64,000 bases of DNA, taken from IMG/VR virus record IMGVR_UViG_3300023174_000042, positions 186,001 to 250,000 of that record; one strand, written 5' to 3'. The number at the start of each line of letters is the position of its first letter. The stretch's first letter is position 1. The notes beneath the pieces are model-generated. The model saw nothing but the letters and a program-made list of their open reading frames with translations. It did not search any database and had not been told where the DNA came from. Below are positions 57,199-64,000 of this stretch, piece after piece. Made by a program: the position numbers and the translations under genes.

Positions 57199-60100
57199 CT
57201 AATCCCAATAACCAATTTGAATTGTTTCCATCATCCAAGAAAGAATTGATAATAACTCTTCATTAGTTAAGCTGTTAATTGTTGTTAGGTATTGGTCTTT
57301 TGTTATCCTCTGACCATAATTATCTTCATAATATTCCCATATTTCAACAGCAATTTGGTCGCTATCTTGAACCATAATATCATAAATTAATTTGGTATTA
57401 CTTAGTCGTATTTTTAGACCAAAAAGAGAACCACTATTTTTACTACTCATCCCATCATGTTCTAAAACATATTCTCTAATATATTGTTTAATTATTTTTT
57501 TTGGATTGTCTATTTTATTTAAAATTGATTTGACTTGATTGAAGTCTAATCCTGACATTTCAATAAAGTTGTATAATCCGTCTTTTTCTATAATTTTTTG
57601 TAATGATTGTTTTTTATTATCCGATTCATTTATATTTTTATCAAAATGTATGTGATATTTGAAATTAAGTGGAAATATATCAAGATCCTCCATAACTTGT
57701 TTTCCTACTTTTTTAATAACTGAGTTAATTCCACCACCCAATTTGACGGACTCAACTGGATCAAAAAATATATTTACAATAACATCATCAAATTGTTCAT
57801 CGTAATATAACATGAATTTTTTTACACTCAGATATTCGTTGGAGTTTAAATAATCTTCTACATTTTGAATCAATTTATTAAACTTTCTTTCTTGTTTAGA
57901 TTCGTCAGATTCGTTTATAACATTACCTTCATCATCATATTTTATTTTTTGAACATCAATATAAAGGTCTGCATTTTTATATTTCCAATCCCAACCGTAA
58001 CCCCACCATGGAGATAAAATAACACCATCTCCTGTCAGTTCCATAATTTCATCTATTATTTTATGTGTAAACCAATTATCGTAGTTTGCTGCGGTATCTT
58101 CCACATCATGAAAGACTTTGATAAGTGGTTTTCCTTGATAATTTGTATCGACTTCAATAAATTCAACCTCATCAAAAAGATTATAAATCATTTCTTTTAC
58201 TAACTTAAGTTTTTTATCTTCTGATTTATTTTCTGATTCCATCAAATCATCTATTTTTTGACATTTTGTTGTGTCATACGCTAAATAAAGATTATCAACA
58301 ATTGGAAAAAAATCTTTTATCATTTTTTTTATCTCGGTTCTTGTTTCGTGAAATGTAAAAGGTCTAAATTTGTTTTTTTTGTATTTTAGAATCAATCTTA
58401 AAGAAGGTTTTTCAGAATATTTTGAATCAAAAAAACTATCTATTTCAATCCCACATAACAATTCTTTATCAACGACACTGTATACCATGTCATTTAAAAG
58501 TTTTTCATATTTTGAAAAGTCATTATGTTCAAATTTACTTTCTGATTCCACAAGTTCTGAATCTTCCCTTAATGTTCTTCTATTAGGTGAATCTTCAGGC
58601 CAAGAATTTAAAATATCTTCACTACTTCCTGTCCCTTCATATTTTAAAGTTATCGCCTCTTTTGGGATATCTTGAAATGTTACAATATGTTTTGACCTTG
58701 ACTCAAAATGTCTATCTTTAAACCATTTAACATCTGGAATCTTTGTTGTGTCAATAAACCAAATGTCGTCATCATATGTTGAATCAAACCAAGCTCTTTT
58801 GTTTGTTGAGTTGGTTGCAAAAATTGCTGGTTTACATTTAACCCCATAACCCACATATATTTTATAACATTCTCCGGCTCTTACTTTAAGACCGTTTTCC
58901 ATTATCTTATCTCTGAACTTTGGATTGGATTTATGGACAACAATCTGATTGGGTTTTACTTCTTTACCCGCCGGACTATAATCTTCGTTTTCGTTTAATA
59001 CTTCATCAGAATTTTCTTCATTAAAAAATAAATCCACAATAGTTTTAAGTGAAATTCCTGTGTGGTCAATTTTAATTTTTTCTGTATATTCTCGGTCTGT
59101 ATAATTTAAACCGTCTTCACTATCTATAACTAAACCTTCATCACCATTACCCGTAATATATAAAGGATTGTATAAGATATATTCTTTATTAATTTTCATT
59201 AGATAACAAGGACCATGATTGTTCATAAATCGGTTTAACCAATCATTTGAAATAAAATTAAAAGTTTGCCACGGTAAATCCCAAGCACTTTGAACTAATT
59301 CTATTTTACCATCGAAATCAATTCCTAATTTGTTTTTTATAAAATTCTTATTTTTTTCTTCTAACTTATTTTCATTTAAAAAACTATTTTCTTCTTCATT
59401 ACAGTTCGAAGTTTGTTCTCCACGAACACCAATTACTACTCCTGTATAAGTTGCAATTTCTTTTGAAATGTCATCTAAAACTTCAATATACATGTTTCTT
59501 ATACCTTGTGTCATGGGCCAAAGTTTTGTTCCGTAACCTCCAATAAATAAAACTGTAACTTCAGGTATATTAAAAACTTCGTTTAATGTGATTTCATAAG
59601 AACAAATGATATGATTATATTCAGGAAGTATTAGGTCTTCCATAATCATTTTTGTTATTTTTAAAAGTTTTTTTAAATCCTTTTCACTTTTGTTTGAACT
59701 TTCATTTAAACTTTCAGATTCACCATAAAGTTTGTTGTGTATTCTTATCACATCTTTTTTTGAAAAAGAATATTCATCCTCATGTATATCGACATCTTTT
59801 CCGTTTATTTGTTTAATATCAAAATAATTGGAGTCTTTAAAATTAAGTGTTTTTGTTTTTATTTTTCCTGTGGTATTATCGTTTTGAATTACGGCGATTA
59901 TGGATTTTAAAGTTTCATTTTCACTTGGACTTAATTTATCTTCGTCATAAATAAGATTTAATTCAGGCCAAGAATTTGTTTCCGATATATTTTTTCTAAT
60001 GTTTATTATTTCATACTGAAGTGGAAATACGATAGGTTTTGGGTCTCTGAAATAATCATATACTGAAAAATCAACAACACCTGTTAAATCATCTAATATT

Positions 60101-60255
60101 TCAGAAAATTCAGGATCATTCTTGAATGCTTTTTTGAGGTTTTTTAATCCTCCAACCATGTCAATAGCATCAAAGATACCATTATCTTCAATAACTTGTT
60201 TCAACTCTTGTTGGAGTCTATTTTCTTTTAAGATATGTCTAATCAGTTCTCTCAT
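57199..60255 (-). CDS. tagged multi-module polyprotein containing an ADP-ribosyltransferase-like domain
   Basis: 1018 aa; MRELIRHILKE tag; about eight modules separated by LNE/LRE/LME/INE linkers; VVHKS...IMENGL...IFAT...DIPKEAI. Confidence 0.8.
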   Translation of the reverse strand: MRELIRHILKENRLQQELKQVIEDNGIFDAIDMVGGLKNLKKAFKNDPEFSEILDDLTGVVDFSVYDYFRDPKPIVFPLQYEIINIRKNISETNSWPELNLIYDEDKLSPSENETLKSIIAVIQNDNTTGKIKTKTLNFKDSNYFDIKQINGKDVDIHEDEYSFSKKDVIRIHNKLYGESESLNESSNKSEKDLKKLLKITKMIMEDLILPEYNHIICSYEITLNEVFNIPEVTVLFIGGYGTKLWPMTQGIRNMYIEVLDDISKEIATYTGVVIGVRGEQTSNCNEEENSFLNENKLEEKNKNFIKNKLGIDFDGKIELVQSAWDLPWQTFNFISNDWLNRFMNNHGPCYLMKINKEYILYNPLYITGNGDEGLVIDSEDGLNYTDREYTEKIKIDHTGISLKTIVDLFFNEENSDEVLNENEDYSPAGKEVKPNQIVVHKSNPKFRDKIMENGLKVRAGECYKIYVGYGVKCKPAIFATNSTNKRAWFDSTYDDDIWFIDTTKIPDVKWFKDRHFESRSKHIVTFQDIPKEAITLKYEGTGSSEDILNSWPEDSPNRRTLREDSELVESESKFEHNDFSKYEKLLNDMVYSVVDKELLCGIEIDSFFDSKYSEKPSLRLILKYKKNKFRPFTFHETRTEIKKMIKDFFPIVDNLYLAYDTTKCQKIDDLMESENKSEDKKLKLVKEMIYNLFDEVEFIEVDTNYQGKPLIKVFHDVEDTAANYDNWFTHKIIDEIMELTGDGVILSPWWGYGWDWKYKNADLYIDVQKIKYDDEGNVINESDESKQERKFNKLIQNVEDYLNSNEYLSVKKFMLYYDEQFDDVIVNIFFDPVESVKLGGGINSVIKKVGKQVMEDLDIFPLNFKYHIHFDKNINESDNKKQSLQKIIEKDGLYNFIEMSGLDFNQVKSILNKIDNPKKIIKQYIREYVLEHDGMSSKNSGSLFGLKIRLSNTKLIYDIMVQDSDQIAVEIWEYYEDNYGQRITKDQYLTTINSLTNEELLSILSWMMETIQIGYWD

Positions 60256-60899
60256 TAATATAATCCTCTTAATCTATCATACTCAACGTTACGAAGTTTT
60301 TCTAAATATGTTTTTTCAATCCATCCTGGACTTTCTTCTTCTTGTTTCATTATGGCATCTCTTCTAAAAAGTGTGGTTTTAAGAATAAGTTCTATCATAT
60401 CCTCCTCAGTCACGCCTTCAGGTTTTGTCATTGGTGGAACACAAGTTTGAGCATCTCTATCATCTATATTAAATTCAGAAATATGAATGTCATTTCTACC
60501 CATCTTACTTTGAATTTCACCTAAATAGGTGTCGTCAAACCATTCTTCAAAAAGGTATTTTAAGTAACTTGCTCTAACAGGAATATCAGACATCAACTCT
60601 TTAAATATATCATTTGGAATATAAATTGAACCTGATTCAAAATCTCTTTCTTCAGTTTTTCTTCTATCGTCAAAAACATCACTATTATCTTCAAAAAATA
60701 ATATAAATTTCATTATTTCTTTTCCATGATTACACCATTCAAAATCATGTCTTGTTTCCCACGATTTGTCATGATACATTTTTGCACCATCAAAATAGTT
60801 GTTTAACCACCTATAAACAAGTTGTTCTACCTTTGGTGTAGGTTTAGAATATTTTCTAGTAACCTCATCTTCTAATATTAATTTAATTAAATTTCTCAT
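60255..60899 (-). CDS. tagged hypothetical protein
   Basis: MRNLIKLILE tag. Confidence 0.8.
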   Translation of the reverse strand: MRNLIKLILEDEVTRKYSKPTPKVEQLVYRWLNNYFDGAKMYHDKSWETRHDFEWCNHGKEIMKFILFFEDNSDVFDDRRKTEERDFESGSIYIPNDIFKELMSDIPVRASYLKYLFEEWFDDTYLGEIQSKMGRNDIHISEFNIDDRDAQTCVPPMTKPEGVTEEDMIELILKTTLFRRDAIMKQEEESPGWIEKTYLEKLRNVEYDRLRGLY

Positions 60900-61333
60900 C
60901 TAAATTTAAATCTATCTGGTTCTAATTTTTTTATATCGTTAAATTGATCTTTAACCGTTAAATGCTCAGGAAGCATTTCATAAATGTCATTTAATTCTTG
61001 TTTTATTTTTTTATAATCTTCAAACATTTCATCACTTGTCATTTCATTTTTAATATTTAATATTGAAACGGCATATGGATAATCTTCGTTGGATAATTCA
61101 TTTTGGTATCTTTTGTGATAGGGGTTTAAGTCACTATTATAAAATTCTTTTAGTTTTTTTATATCACAAATAATATTAATATCAATTGAAAAATTACCAT
61201 CATTACCTAATTCCCACCCAATGATAAATGGATAAGTTTTTTTTATTATTTTAATTACAAGGTCAATTCCTTTTTCAAGAGTTTTTGAATCATCCGTTTC
61301 TTCTTTTAATATATGTCTAATCAGTTCTTTCAT
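60896..61333 (-). CDS. tagged hypothetical protein
   Basis: MKELIRHILKEET tag. Confidence 0.8.
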   Translation of the reverse strand: MKELIRHILKEETDDSKTLEKGIDLVIKIIKKTYPFIIGWELGNDGNFSIDINIICDIKKLKEFYNSDLNPYHKRYQNELSNEDYPYAVSILNIKNEMTSDEMFEDYKKIKQELNDIYEMLPEHLTVKDQFNDIKKLEPDRFKFR

Positions 61334-61655
61334 TACACATTACTTGTTCTAAAAACTTTTTAATTGTTCTAACTATTTTTTGTCTGTCAGGATCATTCTC
61401 ATTTGAGAAATTATCAACAGGTTCAATAACATTATTTTCTTGTAACATATTCAAAATTTTTTGTATTTGTCTTTTTTTATTATCAAAATTAGAAATTGAG
61501 TAATATTTATCATCTATATTAAAGTAAATTGTTTCGAATTTGAATGTTTCGAGATCAATTTCTTTTTTTTGATATCTTCGAAGCAAAAAATTCATAACTA
61601 TCTGATCAATCTCTTCAGTTTCTTCTTTTAATATATGTCTAATTAACTCTTTCAT
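61317..61655 (-). CDS. tagged hypothetical protein
   Basis: MKELIRHILKEET tag. Confidence 0.8.
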   Translation of the reverse strand: MKELIRHILKEETEEIDQIVMNFLLRRYQKKEIDLETFKFETIYFNIDDKYYSISNFDNKKRQIQKILNMLQENNVIEPVDNFSNENDPDRQKIVRTIKKFLEQVMCNERTD

Positions 61656-62089
61656 TATGCGTCGTATTCGTCTTGAAATAATATAAACTCTAAAGTTATC
61701 ATAAATGGTTCATCGCCGTAACTATTCCATTTCATAGCAATTGGCATGCAACTCATAAACCAATCATTGTCAGGTCCTCTTTTTATTAAACCACCACTTT
61801 CAGTGAATGTATATTGTCCTTGTATTTTATAAACTTCGTCTTCCAATTTATCAATATGTTTTGCAATACCTCCAAAATCATGGTCTTCATAGTATGATTT
61901 TACAATAAGTTTTCCTTCAATATAAGGATGTTTTAAAATAAAACTAATATCTTTTATTTCTATAGAATCAATTTTAGAAGAAACATTACTTTCAAATATG
62001 TATTGAAGTTTTTGCATAGAGTTTTTGAACCTTTCTTCAAGATTGTTATCCTCATCTTCTTTTAATATATTTTTAATTAATTTTTTCAT
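61655..62089 (-). CDS. tagged hypothetical protein
   Basis: MKKLIKNILKE tag; TATTTATA upstream, heading the operon. Confidence 0.8.
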   Translation of the reverse strand: MKKLIKNILKEDEDNNLEERFKNSMQKLQYIFESNVSSKIDSIEIKDISFILKHPYIEGKLIVKSYYEDHDFGGIAKHIDKLEDEVYKIQGQYTFTESGGLIKRGPDNDWFMSCMPIAMKWNSYGDEPFMITLEFILFQDEYDA

Positions 62090-62140
62090 ATTTTATAAAT
62101 ACTTGAAATTATATAAAAACAAAAAAATCAATTTATGATT

Positions 62141-63637
62141 CTAACTGATTTGTCTAATAGCACTTTCTACTTTATCTTGATTTTTTAACTTGGTATTTTT
62201 TCTATCTTTGATTGCCAATTCAATTAATTGTTGATCCGATAGTCCGTTTTTGATTCCATTTTCCAAACTTTCAGCAAATTTTTTGAAAAACCCCGGTCCA
62301 TTCCAACAAGCATATGACATATGAAGAGTTAAACCTGGTATTGATTGAATTTTTTCTTTAGTTTTTGGATCTTTTACAAAATTTGACATATTTTTGTCAA
62401 AAGATCTTTTCATTATTTTAACTGCCAAATTTTTCAAAGATTGTTCTTTGTCTCCACCTCGATATAACCATTTCCATTCTTTACAAAAGTCATCCATGTT
62501 TGACCAAGTGGTATTTGGTCCAACACCATTTGATTTAGCCCCAGCACCATATTTTTCTCCATCTATAATTTGAAAAAATTCTTTACCTTCAGGTGATGAC
62601 TCAATATTTCCGTTATATCTGTCCAATCCAAACATTGTTTCTGTAGATTTTCCCATATTACCACCTGGATGCTTACAAAACGGATTCCAATATCCGCCTT
62701 CAAACTTATCAATCACAATTTTTGTAACATTTTCAAAATTTGACAAATCAACAGCAGATAAATTGTTTTCATCAGATTGACTTTCCTTACATATCTTTTG
62801 AACATCAGATACGTTAAATTCTTTTTTTCCTGTTTTTTCTTCCATAGCACTTTGAGTTTTAGGTCCAAAATATCCATCTTGATTTATACCCAAGCAACCT
62901 TGCACTTGATATATAATTCCATTAGTATTTGGAGATTTATATTTAGTTCCGACATCTTTACAACCTTTTTTAAAATTTGGTCCATCACAATCGGAGTATT
63001 TTTTTAATTTATCTGATATATCACTAACACTAGAACCACCACCTATAAGTGATATATCGTCACTTGTTTCGATTTCAGTTGGTTTGTCTGTCCTATTATA
63101 TTCACCTTTACCTTCATGTGGAGGATAGTTTTTTGGTAAAGAATATTTGTAAAAAAATTGTCTAATATAAACACCATCAGGGTTTTTGAAGTCTAATACT
63201 AATTTGATGTTTTCTGCGTCTTTTTTTTCTAATTTTCTAGTCAAATCATTTATTTGTCTTTCTGCTCTTATGTCTGCTCTGTTTCCTGCGGATCCTCGTG
63301 TAGAGATTCCCATATAAGCAATTCCATCTTTACTTTCATCAATAGTTGCTTCCCAATTTACAGTATAATTTGTAGAATCAACTTTTATATTCAAATTTGT
63401 AATGTCGGGATTAATTCCAGCATCGTAAACTTCTTTTAATTTTTCATTTATTTTTGTTGACATTTTTCCTCCAAAACCATCTGATTTTCTACTTTCAAAT
63501 GAATGTAATGCGTCCGCATCTCCTTTTGGTGCTGTATAACCACCTTTAACAACAATAGGTAATGAAATTGTTTGTTCTTTTAACAGTCCCATTATTGATT
63601 TAATTCTAAAAATTTCTTCGTTAATATAAGGTTTCAT
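62141..63637 (-). CDS. tagged multidomain peptidoglycan hydrolase (PG-binding plus GH108-like lysozyme)
   Basis: INEEIFRIKSIMGLLKE tag; VQGCLGINQDGYFGPKTQSAM; IDKFEGGYWNP...ETMFGL. Confidence 0.7.
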   Translation of the reverse strand: MKPYINEEIFRIKSIMGLLKEQTISLPIVVKGGYTAPKGDADALHSFESRKSDGFGGKMSTKINEKLKEVYDAGINPDITNLNIKVDSTNYTVNWEATIDESKDGIAYMGISTRGSAGNRADIRAERQINDLTRKLEKKDAENIKLVLDFKNPDGVYIRQFFYKYSLPKNYPPHEGKGEYNRTDKPTEIETSDDISLIGGGSSVSDISDKLKKYSDCDGPNFKKGCKDVGTKYKSPNTNGIIYQVQGCLGINQDGYFGPKTQSAMEEKTGKKEFNVSDVQKICKESQSDENNLSAVDLSNFENVTKIVIDKFEGGYWNPFCKHPGGNMGKSTETMFGLDRYNGNIESSPEGKEFFQIIDGEKYGAGAKSNGVGPNTTWSNMDDFCKEWKWLYRGGDKEQSLKNLAVKIMKRSFDKNMSNFVKDPKTKEKIQSIPGLTLHMSYACWNGPGFFKKFAESLENGIKNGLSDQQLIELAIKDRKNTKLKNQDKVESAIRQIS

Positions 63638-63669
63638 TTACATAATAAATATAATTATTTTTCAAGTTT

Positions 63670-64000
63670 TTATACAGAATAAACAAACCTTTCATTTCCA
63701 CAATTAAAAATTCTATAATATCCCAAAGTATTCATAATTTCCCGTTCAGTAAGTTTAGAATCATATCCCATTTTAACTAATTTATGTTTTTGATAATTAA
63801 TTCTATTTTTACGAACTTTATTTATGACATAACTATAGTTTGGTGGAGTAAAACCATGGGTTTCAAACCCTAACTTTTTATATAACTCCCCTGTTGCCCA
63901 AGAAATATCACAATAAGATAGGATTTTTTTTGGTTGATGATTGTTTAAAAAACATTTAAATAGTTTTGAAGCACCACCAACAACAGAAATTCCAAGTTTA
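63670..64000 (-). CDS. C-terminal part of a Hef-like homing endonuclease-associated protein
   Basis: Manually translated VVGGASKLFK...ILSYCDISWATGELYKKLGF...PNYSY...QKHKL...TEREIM...RIFNCGN; start lies beyond the window. Confidence 0.75.
   Translation of the reverse strand, partial: KLGISVVGGASKLFKCFLNNHQPKKILSYCDISWATGELYKKLGFETHGFTPPNYSYVINKVRKNRINYQKHKLVKMGYDSKLTEREIMNTLGYYRIFNCGNERFVYSV

Noticed and set aside
48636-57215. Upstream starts given by the ORF track (MFYNIFINKNI, MIDIFINKNI, MLLLNPH and others)
   Set aside because: These extensions run through the promoter or terminator; the tag-initiating ATG is the more plausible start
46000-62100. Diversity-generating retroelement as the source of cargo variation
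   Set aside because: No reverse transcriptase in the window and no repeat pair differing specifically at adenines

Overview
A 64 kb AT-rich segment of a large T4-like (jumbo-type) dsDNA phage. The host is very probably a Bacteroidetes, based on TAnnTTTG promoters, a T9SS type-B CTD adhesin and very short 5' UTRs. The window holds the head-packaging genes (portal, terminase large subunit), an N-domain-less ClpC divergent from a tandem-UVR protein, a tmRNA with an unusual 21-aa tag, and a ~810-nt highly structured RNA (GOLLD-like). It also holds eight tRNA or tRNA-like genes (one split by a group I intron, several with aberrant cloverleaves), lysis and peptidoglycan enzymes, guaC, a SlyD-type PPIase and a partial Hef-like endonuclease. 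The most striking pattern is more than 30 otherwise unrelated proteins sharing a short amphipathic tag ending in (I/L)xE, for example MKRIVRLTESDLARIVRRVINE, MNLQEQIRRILKE and MKELIRHILKE. These genes sit behind a distinct TATTTAT upstream motif. In places the promoter+tag DNA is duplicated almost perfectly in front of different cargo, and a 1018-aa polyprotein strings several cargo modules together with (I/L)xE linkers. I infer a modular capsid-targeting and prohead-protease-processed payload system. A ~1.6 kb gene-poor region (52.4-54.0 kb) with G-tracts and phased GTGG repeats may be an origin or packaging site. All calls come from reading motifs by eye; no database searches were run.
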